Shown here piece by piece: positions 12,106-25,084 of a stretch of DNA of 64,000 nucleotides. The first letter of the stretch is position 1. Each line of letters starts with the position of its first letter. The notes below the pieces were generated by a model that was given only the letters and a program-made list of their open reading frames with translations, was not told where the DNA came from and ran no database searches. Source of the DNA: Octopus bimaculoides (taxonomy: Eukaryota); the NCBI RefSeq assembly GCF_001194135.2, contig NC_068995.1, positions 52,362,204-52,426,203 on the forward strand. The letters are read 5' to 3'. Both the position numbers and the translations under genes were made by a program.

Positions 12106-12830
12106 GTGTAGACCCAGGAAGACCTGGGATGAGGTGGTGAAGCAACGTTTCAATGTTGGGCCTCATGGAGGCAATGACAAGCGACCGAGACCTTTGGTGA
12201 TATGCTGTGCTTGAGAAGACCCGGCAAGCCAAGTGAGACCATAACAATGGTCCATACCAGTGTTGCATAACCAGCCCATTTAAGAGTACCCTTCAATCAT
12301 TGGGTAATATACTGTGCTTGAGAAGACCTGTTGAGTTAAATCATTGTTGCGACCAATGCCAGTACCACCTGACTGGCACCTGTGCAGGTGGCATCTAAAA
12401 AGCACCATTTGGGTGTGGTCAATGCCAGTCCCACCAGACTGGCTCCCATGCCGGTGGCACATAAAATGCATCATTCGAGCCTGGTCGTTGCCAGTGTTGC
12501 CTCATTGGCTCCTGTGTCGGTGGCATGTAAGAAGCACTATTTGAGCATGATCGTTGCCAGTGTCTCCTGACTGGGTCCCGTACCAGTGGCACATAAAAAG
12601 CACCATTGAGTGTAGTCGATGCCAGTACCGCCTGACTGGCCCTCGAGCTGGCAGCACATAAAAAGCACCCACTACATTCTCAGAGTGGTTGGCATTAGGA
12701 AGGACATCCAGCTGTAGAAACCTTGCCAGGTCAGATTGGAGCCTGGTGCAGCCTTCTGGCTTCCCTGTCCTCAGTGAAACTATCCAACCCATGCTAGCAT
12801 GGAAAGCGGACATTAAACGATGATGATGAT
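12106..12830 (+). mobile_element. 5'-truncated RTE-clade LINE (family B): ORF C-terminus plus a 3' UTR carrying a 66-bp hairpin array and (GAT)n tail
   Basis: Translates as RPRKTWDEVVK...LGLMEAMTSDRDLW*YAVLEKTRQAK*, the RTE GRPRxxWxDxV...DRxxW C-terminal pattern. Five 66-bp units at ~12355-12680; the 3' end matches the other B copies. Confidence 0.85.
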
Positions 12831-12842
12831 GTGCATGAGCGT

Positions 12843-12878
<36 letters not shown>

Positions 12879-13779
12879 ACTGCACTTAAATTTTTCATTT
12901 TGTTACTCTCCGAAATGAGGTGTGGGAGAAAAGTTGAGCACCGGAAATAATTTGATGATGGAAGGGGTGTGTGAATGAAATCAATGTTATGCTGGTCGTT
13001 TTTTCATGCACCACTGACCTTGTTACTAGTCAAAGGTAAAACATGAAACAGTTTCTGATAGTTATTAGTTTTAGTTATTATTATTATTGTGTCCATATCA
13101 GTACATTGACCTAGCTGATGGTTTGGTGACAGGTGGTAGTAATAGAGTTACTTGGCCCTCTCTCTCTCTCCCTCTCTCGCACACTGTCTCTTCCTTTTTC
13201 TTTCTCTCTCCCTCTCTCGCACACTGTCTCTTCCTTTTTCTTTCTCTCTCCCTCTTTCTCTCTCTTTCCCTCTCTCTCCTCCTCCCTCTCCCTCCCTCTA
13301 CTGCCCCTTTCTCTTAATTGTCCTTCATCTCCATCCTTATCTTCCTACTCGCATCGCTCTCTCTGTCTCCTCTCTCAGCTACTTCTAACGGGGGAAGATC
13401 CACTTTTAGCTTCCTGTAGTGCAAGATAAAGCTATTTATAGAATGATAAAAAGAATATTTGATGTGTCTGTAAAGAGGTCTAAGGTGTGTGTATACATAC
13501 GTGTATAAGTACGTAAGTGTAATTACGTTATATGTATTATTACATATACTTTGTAGATAATTATTTACGCAATTAAATGACCTATTAGATTCAGATATGC
13601 CTTGACATATATTTACACACTCTCACTCCCGCATGTATACCAGTATTCCAACCTAATTTCATTGGAATCTGTAAAATTAAATTCACACCCTCTGACATTT
13701 ATCCACCCTTTTATATACACACCTTCAAAAAAAAAAAAAAAAAANNNNNNNNNNNNNNNNNNNNNNNGGGGGGGGGATC

Positions 13780-14330
13780 TTTGTGCTTGTATTTCTCAAT
13801 CACTGCTTGACAACCGGTGTTGGTTTGTTTATGTTCTCTCCCCCTCTGTCACTGTTATGTAGCAGCTCAGTAAAAGAAACTGATGAAATAAGTACTTGGA
13901 AAAGAAAGAAAGAAAGAAAATAAGTACTGGGGACAATTTGTTTTTAATTAAACACTTCAAGGTGGTGCCCCAGCATGGTCACTATCCATGCTGGAGAGCA
14001 ACACCTTGAAGTGTTTAGCAAACAAATCAACCCCAGTATTTAGTTTTTTAAGTCCAGTATTTATTCAGTTGGTCTCTTTTGGCCGAATCACTAACTTAGG
14101 ATGTAAACAAACCAACATTGGTGGGTGGGGGACAAATATGGGCATGCACCCGTGTGTGCATATACACACACACATGTTGGGTTTCCACTCAGTTTCCATC
14201 TCCCAAATTTACTCCCAAGGCATCAATCAGCCCAGGACTAGAAGAAAACACTCGCCCAAGGTGCTGTGCATTGAGACTGAACCAGAAACCTCTTGGTTGC
14301 AAAGCAAGCTTCTTAACCACGCAGCCATAC
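13780..14330. mobile_element. Two adjacent SINE-A fragments (+ tail 13780-13990; - copy ~14000-14330)
   Basis: gcttgacaaccggtgttggtttg...ccccagcatggtcac, then gtatttattcagttggtctc...cttcttaaccacgcagcc. Confidence 0.65.
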
Positions 14331-15344
14331 CAAATGGCCTATGGCTCATTAGTTCAAATCATTCTACGGTCACTGTGTTGTGTCCCCGAACGAGGTTCTG
14401 TCAGATACTTTGCTTTGCTTCACTGAACAAGTACCAGAGTTCCATTCCTGTTTCCTATTGGAGTCAGAACAGCATTCACCCATGAAAAGGAACATATATA
14501 TATCTATGTACATATGTATGTAAGTGTGTGTATGTAAACAATAATTGCTCTCACAAAAGAATCATTATCTGAGCCATGCAAGCATGGAAAATTGAAGTAA
14601 ATTATGTGTGTGTGTGTGTTACCCTGTCTCCTTAGATATTTTGGATGTTGGCCAGAAAGAAGAATTAAGATGCCATTATTCTTTCCTGTGATTCCATCTT
14701 TTGTTATTTTACTTTTAACATTGCACGTAATTTTCATAGAGTATCATTATCATTATTATTAGTACAGTTCACAGGGTATTTATTTATTACTACCCTTCCA
14801 ATTAACAGAACTTGTGACACCATATATAGCTTTAAAAAAGAAAAAAAAAATGTTTTATTACTGACAAACACCAGAGTCTTAATTGAAAGTTATTTCTTAA
14901 TGGTTGAAAATACCTACACATATATGCTCTTACTTCCACTCATACACTATTCCACACACACAACACAACACATACACACATACTGGTGTACTTAGTATTA
15001 TGTATCTGGAACATATGGGTGCATAATATAATAGTACACTTACAAATGTAATCAGTGTATGGCATCATAAAGCGGTAATTCATATTGTATTACTGACAAT
15101 AACTCAATCTTGAATGTAAGTTATATTTTCAGAACTGTAATGACAGACCATCATTAAAAGACACAAACATATCTAACATTATTTGTCTAGGACACACAAG
15201 TGTATAATATCCTTTCTACAATAGGTGCAATGCCTGAAGTTTTGGGGGAAGGGGCCAGTCAATTACATTTAGACTGGTACTTATTTTATCAACCCTGAAT
15301 GGGTTTAAAAGCAAAGTCAGCCTCAATAGAATTTGGATTCAGAA

Positions 15345-15870
15345 TGGTGAAACACGATTTTCGGACTTTGAGCCTCACAGAGGCAATGACTAGTGACTGA
15401 AACCTTTGGCAATATGCTGTGCTTGAGAAGACCTGTCAAGCCAAGTGAAATCATAATCCTGGCCAATGCTGGTGTCACATAACTGGCACCCGTGCCAGTG
15501 GCACGTAAAGAGAACCCTTCGAGTGTTGGGCCTCGCAGAGGTAAAGTGGCTGAGTTTCTTTTGAGCATTGGGCCTCACAGAAGCAATGACCAAGAACTTT
15601 GGCATTATATCATGCTTGAGACGACCAATCAAGCTGAGCAAAATTGCAGTCATGGCAGATACTGGTGTCACACAAATGGCACCTGTGCCAGTGGCATGTA
15701 AAAGCACCCATTACACTCTCAGAGTGGTTGGCATTAGGAAGGGCATTCAGCTGTAGAAAACCAAGCCAAATCTGACTGGAGTCTGGTGCAGCCTTCCAGC
15801 TTACCAGCCCTGGTCAAACTATCCAACCCATGCCAGCATGGACAATGGACATTAAATGATGATGGTGAGG
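15345..15870 (+). mobile_element. 5'-truncated RTE LINE (family B) with an internal duplication of the ORF end
   Basis: VKHDFRTLSLTEAMTSD*NLWQYAVLEKTCQAK* at ~15346-15447; a second GLTEAMT segment at ~15570; B-type 3' end at 15710-15865. Confidence 0.85.
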
Positions 15871-16599
15871 AGGAGGATGAACGTAAAGGTCAGAAGAAAT
15901 GCCACTTAGCATTTTGTCCAGCATAGCAACAATTTTGTTGACTCACTGACCTCATACACAAAAGTATTTAATATATAAATTACAATAAGGAATTGTATAT
16001 AAAATACAATGGCAGAATTGTTGGCACAATGGGCAAAATGCTTAGCAGTATTTTGTCTGTCCTTACATTCTGAGTTCAAATTTCACCAAGATCCACTTTG
16101 TCTTCATCTTTTAAAGATGAATGTAACTGACTGAACCCCTCCCCAGAAATTGCTGATGTTGTGCCAAAAGTTGAAATCAATATATAGAATACATTTCTGA
16201 CATATGCCGCTTGTGTTGAAAAGGACAATAATGAAGAATTGAAGCACACCAAGTGGATCTTATGTTGTCTTGTCTTGGATCTATTCAATCTCAAGCAGCA
16301 GTAACTTTCTTCAGCTGAATACATGTCACTGATTGGTTAAAATTACACAAATATGACAACTTTAACACGAAATAACTTCTAAAATACAAAATTTTATCAA
16401 AAATATTAAGAGTAAACCGTGTCCTATGTGACACATTCAACCAGTATCCAAAGTTTCAAAGTGTTTAGTTACAAAAAATTAATTAAAAAAAAATCTGTGC
16501 TTGAGATTGAAAAAATCCCTTATCTTGACATCACATGATAGTTGTAAAACAATTGTCACTGTCTTAAGCAGTGTCATCCATTTCCAGTACTCTGCCAGA

Positions 16600-16755
16600 A
16601 TAAACCTGGCCATTGGGAAATATTACGTTGCTTGGAAACATTTAGGGTTCGGCAACAGGAACAGTATTCAGCTGTGGAAAATCTGTCTCAATGAACTCCG
16701 TCTGACCCATGCAAGCATGGAAAAGTGGACGTTAAAATGATGATGATGATGATCA
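16600..16755 (+). mobile_element. Variant RTE-type 3' end with (GAT)n tail (related copy at ~43930-44140, minus)
   Basis: ggttcggcaacaggaacagtattcagctgtggaaaatctgtctcaatg...gcatggaaaagtggacgttaaaatgatgatgat. Confidence 0.6.
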
Positions 16756-17314
16756 CATTAAAACAAGAAATTTGTATCCTTGAACCAGGAGCTGTCTTAG
16801 TTCATACGAAACTGTGTTAATCGTTTGGTTATACTTCATTGTTTTTTTTTTGTTTTATTCCCCCTCCCCCACCACCACACACACGCACCTAACATATCAT
16901 TCCCATATAAACTGTCAGTCTCTCATGTCAGAGTTGAACTACAAGTGATGGAGAGGCAGCATAATAGCTGTATATGCAGAAACGTATCAAAAGAGAATGT
17001 TTGTATTGTATTGAGAGCCAAAAACTGACACACAAAGGCTGGTCTTTTTTTGATAGGCCTGGGTTTTTATAAGAGGACAATGGAGATAATAAAGCTGGTA
17101 TTGAGGTGGTTATAGTGGTGAATTTTGGTGACAATGGTGTTGTTGATGTTTGTTTAGTTCTAGGTCAGCCCTGATGAAGTAAACCTATGACCAAAAATGT
17201 ATTCCAACTGTGCCCATCATGTCAGTTTGTTTATTTTTGTCCAAACAAGTCTATCTGGGACTACATTGTTTGTTGTGTTTTTTCCTGTTATTTTTAAATT
17301 GAAAGGATCTTTTG

Positions 17315-17995
17315 CTTGTGTCAGTCATTGGACTGCAGCCATGCTGGAGCACCAACTAAAAGGGTTTCTCACGCAAATTAACACCGCTACTATTTTTTAT
17401 TTATTTTTCAAGTTTTTATTATTCTGTTGGTTTCTTTGGCTGAACTGACAAATTATGGGGATGTAAACAAACCAGCACGGTTGTCAACTGGTGGTGGTGT
17501 GTGTGTGTGTGTNNNNNNNNNNNNNNNNNNNNNNNNNNNNNNNNNNNNNNNGGGGGGGGGGAGAAACAAAAAAAAGACACACAGGAATGGCTGTGTGGTA
17601 AGAAGCTTGCTTAGCCAACCACATGGTCCCGGGTTCAATCCCACTGCATGGTACCTTGGGCAAGTGTCTTCTACTACAACCTCGGGCAAACCAAAGCCTT
17701 GTGAGTGGATTTGGTACACAGAAACTGAAAGAGTTCAAATTCCGCCAAGGTCGACTTTGCCTTTCATCCGTTCGGGGTCGATAAATTAAGTACCAGTTAC
17801 CAGTGTGTGTATTTGAAACCAGATACACACACACAAGATAAACTTCTTTCAGTTTCTGTCTACCAAATCCACTCATAAGGTGTTTTGGCTGGCATGGGGG
17901 CTATAGTAGGATACATTTGCTGAAGGTGGGGCACGGTGGGACTGAAGTCAAGACGATACGGTTGGGAGAAGCAAACTTCTCAACCACACAACCAC
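17315..17995. mobile_element. SINE cluster: A tail (-), A head (+) joined to C body, A head (-)
   Basis: A head at 17586-17731 runs directly into gagttcaaattccgccaaggtcgactttgcctttcatcc; an inverted A head follows at 17840-17995. Confidence 0.75.
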
Positions 17996-18349
17996 TGTAT
18001 TATATGAAGAATCTTTGACTGCTGTTTCTAGCATATCAAGTGTTCATCATCACCCCACCCCTCCCATCCCCATCGGGGTCTCCTCACTGAGAGTTGATGT
18101 ATAGTGAAGAATATGCTTAATTTAGGGAGTTGTTCTGCTCAGAAACAAGGTTAGTGGTGGTGGTGGTGGTGGTGGTGGTGGCAGTAGGCAGGTGAATTAA
18201 GGCTGGGGGATTCACAGGTTATTTAAGTCTTTGTCAGGGGTCTGGAAGTGTAGGGTAATGGTGGGGAGTGCACCACAAAAATAGTTATGTTTCTGAGATG
18301 TGGGGTAAAGAGGCTTATTGCTGACTCTTAAGGATTCTAGCAACTCTGT

Positions 18350-18635
18350 TGATGATTAAGATGATGATAACGACTGTTATGATGATGATGGCTGTTATGA
18401 TGATGATGATGATGATGATGATAGTGCTGACACTTTTTATTGTTATTATTGAATTTTTGCTTACAATTTACACCCCTCCCTCCCGCATCCTCTCTGCTGC
18501 CATCATCGGCACATCATCTCACCTACTACTTTCATCATCATCATCATCACTCTTGCAGCTGTCTCCATCATCACTATTTCCTACTATTACCATCTGTATG
18601 TACCACCTCCACCACTGTCATCAAAATCAATCTGG

Positions 18636-18668
<33 letters not shown>

Positions 18669-18731
18669 TCATCCCTACATCTTTGGCACCACCGGCTACA
18701 TGAATACATCTTCACTATCATCCCCACCACC

Positions 18732-18769
<38 letters not shown>

Positions 18770-18790
18770 CATCACTACCATCACCAAATA
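18350..18790. repeat. Compound trinucleotide field (GAT/CAT/CAC/CTA)
   Basis: Directly visible; source of the poly-M/H/L pseudo-ORFs. Confidence 0.9.
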
Positions 18791-18940
18791 ATTATCTTCC
18801 TCCACACACACACATGCACACACACACCATAGCAGGTTTGAAAGAAAATTCTTTTCTAAAAGTGGAGTGTGTGTGTGTGTATGCACTTGCATACACGCAC
18901 ACACATAAGCACACGCATGCATATATACATATATACATAC

Positions 18941-18973
<33 letters not shown>

Positions 18974-19384
18974 TGTGTGTGTGCATGTGTATGTATTTAT
19001 ATTTAACCCCCTTGCTCAGTTTACCTAAATAACTCCCAGCATGTTTCTCTCCCCCACCCTTCTAGCCTGGCCCTTCTCGATCCACTGCACCACCTACCCT
19101 GTTCTAACCTGTACCTTCACCAGCCCTCCCCCACTACATCACAGGGTACCCCTTTTATTCTTCTCTTTTCCTTTTTTTTTTTTGTTTTCACTTTCCATTT
19201 TGGTAAAAGTCTTTGAATCTTATTCCCACACCACATCAAAAGGGAAAGGTGGCTTCATACAGAAGTGGGGGTAGGATTGGGGCTGAAGCAAAAGTGTGGC
19301 ATCGAGTGGTGATTGGCGGTGGAGGCAGTGGCACTGGGGGGGGAGGCAAAGGAAGCAAGAATTTTTTTTATAAACTACTACTAT

Positions 19385-19420
<36 letters not shown>

Positions 19421-19857
19421 CACNNNNNNNNNNNNNNNNNNNNNNNNNNNNNNNNNNNNNNNNNNNNNNNNNNNNNNNNNNNNNNNNNNNNNNNNNNNNN
19501 NNNNNNNNNNNNNNNNNNNNNNNNNNNNNNNNNNNNNNNNNNNNNNNNNNNNNNNNNNNNNNNNNNNNNNNNNNNNNNNNNNNNNNNNNNNNNNNNNNNN
19601 NNNNNNNNNNNNNNNNNNNNNNNNNNNNNNNNNNNNNNNNNNNNNNNNNNNNNNNNNNNNNNNNNNNNNNNNNNNNNNNNNNNNNNNNNNNNNNNNNNNN
19701 NNNNNNNNNNNNNNNNNNNNNNNNNNNNNNNNNNNNNNNNNNNNNNNNNNNNNNNNNNNNNNNNNNGGTGCTCAGCTGGTACTTATTTCATTGACCCCAA
19801 AGGTTTGAAAGCTAAAGTCGACTTTTGTGGAATTTAAAATTGGAAATTAAAGACATG

Positions 19858-20040
19858 TGTGGAGGCACGTGGCTTAGTGGTTAGGGTGTTAGAATCATGA
19901 TCGTAAGATTGTGGTTTCGATTCCTGGACCGGGCAATGTCCACTCAGCTGGCCAAAATGTGTAATCCTGTGATGGACTGGTATCCCAGGTGGGGAATATA
20001 TACGCCATGGAAACCGGGGAAACCAGTTCTCATGGCTGCA
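19858..20040 (+). mobile_element. tRNA-headed SINE (family F), internally deleted
   Basis: A box tggcttagtgg, B box ggtttcgattcc, then gtccactcagctgg. Confidence 0.7.
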
Positions 20041-20489
20041 GTCAACTGCTTGAAACAAGTAAAAGAATGGTGCTACAGTAAACACTGAACCATTTTATGG
20101 GATTCAGTCAGAGTGAAGCAGAGGGGTTGCTGGTGTACCCCTGACCTTCACAGTTCCTCTGGGACTTGGGGTGAGATTGATATGCTAGATGTTTGGTTAA
20201 AACATCTGAGTTGATATCTACAGGAAGAACATGGGCAGGAAGAGAATTCCAATGGGTTGAGGATTATGGGGAGGCAAGTTTTGGCATTGGGGTTAGTATA
20301 AGGCCATGGTGTGGGTGATGAGGAAGAGGAGGAGAGATGGGTGTGTCAGGTAAACTTGGGGGAAGGTCATGTGACATGAGTCCCCAGAGAGCAGAGTACA
20401 AGGGTGGGGAAGGGGAGAGTGAAAAAATATAAAAATTCAATTTCAAAGAAAGACAGTATGGGGCAATGAGGAAGCCATCACATCCTGCT

Positions 20490-20680
20490 TCCTCACATCC
20501 TGATAGAAATAGCAACCAAATTGCCCTTGAATAATATCGTCTTGAAGTAAAAAGACATAATTAAGGAACACATAATGTAGTCTTGAATTGATTGTCTGAA
20601 AAAAAGTTGTGATGGTCATGGCTGGAATGCCTCGATTATAGTTCTGCTTGATCAGAGTTGACTAGGGTTATACAGCAACA
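20490..20680 (+). mobile_element. Family G repeat
   Basis: cctgatagaaatagcaaccaaa...gatggtcatggctggaatgcc...gttctgcttgatcagagttgactaggg. Confidence 0.6.
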
Positions 20681-20748
20681 TCAGGTGTGTATGTGTGTGT
20701 GTGTGTATATGTATGTATCTATGTGTGTATGTATGTGTATGTCTGTAC

Positions 20749-20780
<32 letters not shown>

Positions 20781-20974
20781 AGATGTATGTATGTATATAT
20801 ATATATAAATTATATACAGACATATATATTATGTTCTTGGAAAGATTGATCTTGTCTTCTTTCAAAGACAAAAAGTATGTTGGGGTCTTTGTACAGGTAA
20901 GGATTGGATTGTCATGGGTGGAACCTTTTTGCTCAATCATGGTTGACTTGGGGCTAAACAACTACAGAGACTGA

Positions 20975-21472
20975 TCTCAGTCATTGGACTGCAGCCATGC
21001 TGGGGGTGGGGAAGGGGGGTACCCTATTGAAGGGTTTAGTCAAACAGATCCACCCCAGGTACTTTTTTTCTAAGCCTGGAACTTATTCTGTTCATCTCTT
21101 TTGCTGAACTGCTAGTTTACAGGGAGGTAAACAAACCCACATTGGTTATCAAACGGTTGGATGGTCGTAGTGGGGGGAAGCAAACACTTATGCACATACA
21201 TACACACAGCAGGCTTCTACACAGTTTCCACCTACCAAATTCACTCACAAGGCATTGGTAGGCCCAGACTGGACTCTGCTGTTTCAGTCATTTGACTGCG
21301 GCCATGCTGAAGCACTGCCTTTAGTCGAACCCCAGGACTTATTCTTTGTAAGCCTAGTACTTATTCTATTGGTCTCTTTTGATGAACTGCTAAGTTACTG
21401 GGATATAAACACACCAACATCAGTTGTCAAGCGATGTTGAGAGAGACAAACACACACACACACACACACACA
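20975..21472 (-). mobile_element. Two tandem SINE-A fragments, the second ending in (CA)n at a gap
   Basis: cagtcattggactgcagccatgctgg (20980) and cagtcatttgactgcggccatgctg (21285). Confidence 0.7.
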
Positions 21473-22334
21473 NNNNNNNNNNNNNNNNNNNNNNNNNNNN
21501 NNNNNNNNNNNNNNNNNNNNNNNNNNNNNNNNNNNNNNNNNNNNNNNNNNNNNNNNNNNNNNNNNNNNNNNNNNNNNNNNNNNNNNNNNNNNNNNNNNNN
21601 NNNNNNNNNNNNNNNNNNNNNNNNNNNNNNNNNNNNNNNNNNNNNNNNNNNNNNNNNNNNNNNNNNNNNNNNNNNNNNNNNNNNNNNNNNNNNNNNNNNN
21701 NNNNNNNNNNNNNNNNNNNNNNNNNNNNNNNNNNNNNNNNNNNNNNNNNNNNNNNNNNNNNNNNNNNNNNNNNNNNNNNNNNNNNNNNNNNNNNNNNNNN
21801 NNNNNNNNNNNNNNNNNNNNNNNNNNNNNNNNNNNNNNNNNNNNNNNNNNNNNNNNNNNNNNNNNNNNNNNNNNNNNNNNNNNNNNNNNNNNNNNNNNNN
21901 NNNNNNNNNNNNNNNNNNNNNNNNNNNNNNNNNNNNNNNNNNNNNNNNNNNNNNNNNNNNNNNNNNNNNNNNNNNNNNNNNNNNNNNNNNNNNNNNNNNN
22001 NNNNNNNNNNNNNNNNNNNNNNNNNNNNNNNNNNNNNNNNNNNNNNNNNNNNNNNNNNNNNNNNNNNNNNNNNNNNNNNNNNNNNNNNNNNNNNNNNNNN
22101 NNNNNNNNNNNNNNNNNNNNNNNNNNNNNNNNNNNNNNNNNNNNNNNNNNNNNNNNNNNNNNNNNNNNNNNNNNNNNNNNNNNNNNNNNNNNNNNNNNNN
22201 NNNNNNNNNNNNNNNNNNNNNNNNNNNNNNNNNNNNNNNNNNNNNNNNNNNNNNNNNNNNNNNNNNNNNNNNNNNNNNNNNNNNNNNNNNNNNNNNNNNN
22301 NNNNNNNNNNNNNNNNNNNNNNNNNNNNNNNNNN

Positions 22335-22366
<32 letters not shown>

Positions 22367-22888
22367 TACATATATACACCCACACTGCAACAAATGCAAT
22401 CAAATGTGTCATACAAACCACGGGACAGACAGACAGACATATTCTTTAAAAAACCGACATCCTCTGATCCATACACCACTTGCCCTACATTATTCTAAAG
22501 CAATCCACATATGCCACACCCCTCCAATTTCATATATAAACATAGATTTCTGTAATTTCCTTTTTCGACTGTCTGTTTTCGTAGGTGGGATGTGGGAGTG
22601 GGTTACACCCATTAGAAACTTTATTTGCATTTGTCACCTTACCTCGCCCCTCCCAAACCACCTCCACCTATTCCACCTCAATTACTATGCACTTATACCC
22701 CTTACTTCAACCCGGTCCCATCCCATTCTCATCAATTAATGAATCCTTAGCAATTAAACACCCTTTCTTTTTTCATTCTTCCTAGTTCAGAAGCATTATT
22801 GGAGTTTTGAATCAAATACATGTGTGTGTGTGTGTGTGTGTATGAGAGAGAGAGAGTGTGTGTATGTATGTATATACATACACATATT

Positions 22889-23067
22889 TGTGACTGGTAA
22901 GTAGCTTGCTTACGAACCACATGGTTCCGGGTTCAGTCCCACTGCGTGGCACCTTGGGCAAGTGTCTTCTACTATAGCCTCGGGCCGACCAAAGCCTTGT
23001 GAGTGGATTTGGTAGACAGAAACTGAAAGAAGCCCGTCGTATATATGCATATGTATATATATCTATA

Positions 23068-23138
<71 letters not shown>

Positions 23139-23313
23139 GTGTTTGTGTTTGTCCCCCCAACATCGCTTGACAACCGATGCTGGTGTGTTTACGTCCCCAT
23201 AACCTAGCGGTTCGGCAAAATAGACTGATAGAATAAGTACTAGGCTTACAAAGAATAAGTCCTGGGGTCGATTTGCTTGGCTAAAGGCGGTGCTCCAGCA
23301 TGGCCACAGTCAA
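22889..23313 (+). mobile_element. Near full-length, little-diverged SINE-A with internal (TA)n
   Basis: B box ggttcagtccc, ccttgggcaagtgtc, (TA)n at ~23040-23135, complete tail; CpGs retained. Confidence 0.92.
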
Positions 23314-24029
23314 TCCCAAAACAATGCAAAGCTAAGTTGACCGTAGCAGGATTTTAACTCAGATTGCAGAGCATCAGAAGAAATACTGCAAGGCATTCTA
23401 TCCAATACTGTAACATGTATGTCAATTTACTTTCATCAATGACCATATTTTTAATGAAATACATTGCCTATGTGTTTTAATTAATTTTTAAAATAATCAA
23501 AAATTAGGACAGATTTAGTAAAATAATAATTTTTTTTCCTTACTTCTTCAGCTGCTTTTGTTTAACCCTAGGTCAACTCTCATTGAACAAACCTATGATC
23601 AAAGGCATTCCAATTGTGACCATCCTGTCTTTTTTGTAGTGTTTTTCGAGACCATTTCATTTAATGTGTTCTCCTCCTTTTAAAGACTGGTGTGTTGTGC
23701 AAGGGAGATTTGACTGCTATTTCTAAAAGGTCAAGGGATTAACCTTGTTGAGACTTCCTCACCAGGTCATCATTTTTATTTCTTTGGTACAATTATATTG
23801 ATGTTTGGAATATAACACAATGTTTTTAATTAAAGTTATATAATTAAATGTTTTAATTAAAATATGAGCACATTAAAATTAGTTTTCATATTATTAAACC
23901 AGAGGCAGCTTTAGATGAGTTGGTATCTAATGGCCTGACTGTTTTATATTTGGAAATATGACCTACTTGTTGGACGAGTGGTACAGACGCATCCTTCTTA
24001 ACCTTCATGTTTTTGTCATCATCAGCATC

Positions 24030-24325
24030 ATTGATCGTTGCCAGTGCTCCTGGACTGGCTCTTGTGCGGGTGGCACATAAAATACACCATTTTGAGCATG
24101 GCCATTGCCAGTACCGCCTGACTGGCCTTCGTGCCGGTGGCACGTAAAAGCACTCACTACACTCTTGGAGTGGTTGGCGTTAGGAAGGACATCCAGCTGT
24201 AGAAACTCTGCCAAATAAGATTGGAGCCTGGTGCAGCCATCTGGTTCACCAGTCCTCAGTCAAATCGTCCAACCCATGCCAGCATGGAAAACACAGACGT
24301 TAAACAATGATGATGATGATGACGA
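24030..24325 (+). mobile_element. Family B RTE 3' UTR with two hairpin units
   Basis: gccagtaccgcctgactggc...gtgccggtggcac; 3' end with (GAT)n. Confidence 0.85.
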
Positions 24326-25084
24326 TTTATTCCATAGAGATGTATGTAATACAAGGACATATTTACTAATGTGCACATACGCGCACACACACACACACAC
24401 ACTCTCTCTCTCTCTCTCTCATTCAGAAATGCACTTTTACCGCTACCATTTCTTGTACTAAAGGGATTATTCTAAATCTCCAGGTACCATTCTTAACCAT
24501 ATGTTGACCTTATCAGAATCTGGAATCTGGTTCTGCTTACCGTTAGACATTCACCATGATTTTCAGTGCAGGAAATTCTATGATCCATATCGTTGCAGAA
24601 GAAAATGCAGACTGTAAAGTACAGGGTATCTGGTGCAGCAGGAAATTGCACAGAACAAATTTTGCCTCACTCCTTCATTACGTTTCCAGCCATTCCTTTC
24701 TTCATCTCTCTCTATTTTCTCTGTCAATCTCTTCATATGTGTGTTTGTATATATATGTATGTATATTTATGTGTATGTATGTATATATATGTTGAGTTGG
24801 CACTCTTCTAAGAAGTAGCAATCAGCATGTGTATACATGTGTGTATGTATGTATATGTGTATATACATATTGTGTGTCTTGTGTATGGTAGTCTTTATTT
24901 TACAAAATCATTTAATAGCAACCAGATGAGGCCTACATTGTTTTGATGGTGGTGATGATGATGATGATGTTGCTACTGAGTTTGATGATGATGATGATGA
25001 TGCTACTGCTGGTGTTCCTCATGAAGTTAATCTTGTTGTTTAACCCTTGGTCAGCCTTGACTAACCTGAACTCTGATTAAATGC

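Noticed and set aside
12350-12680. CRISPR-like reading of the repeated palindromic units
   Set aside because: The inter-hairpin sequences are homologous to each other rather than unique spacers, the array is inside a eukaryotic LINE 3' UTR, and there are no cas genes.
20860-20897. Micro-exon DKKYVGVFVQ with a GTAAGG donor, resembling a PDZ beta strand
   Set aside because: It lies inside a degenerate family-G repeat (20830-20975), so the resemblance is probably chance.
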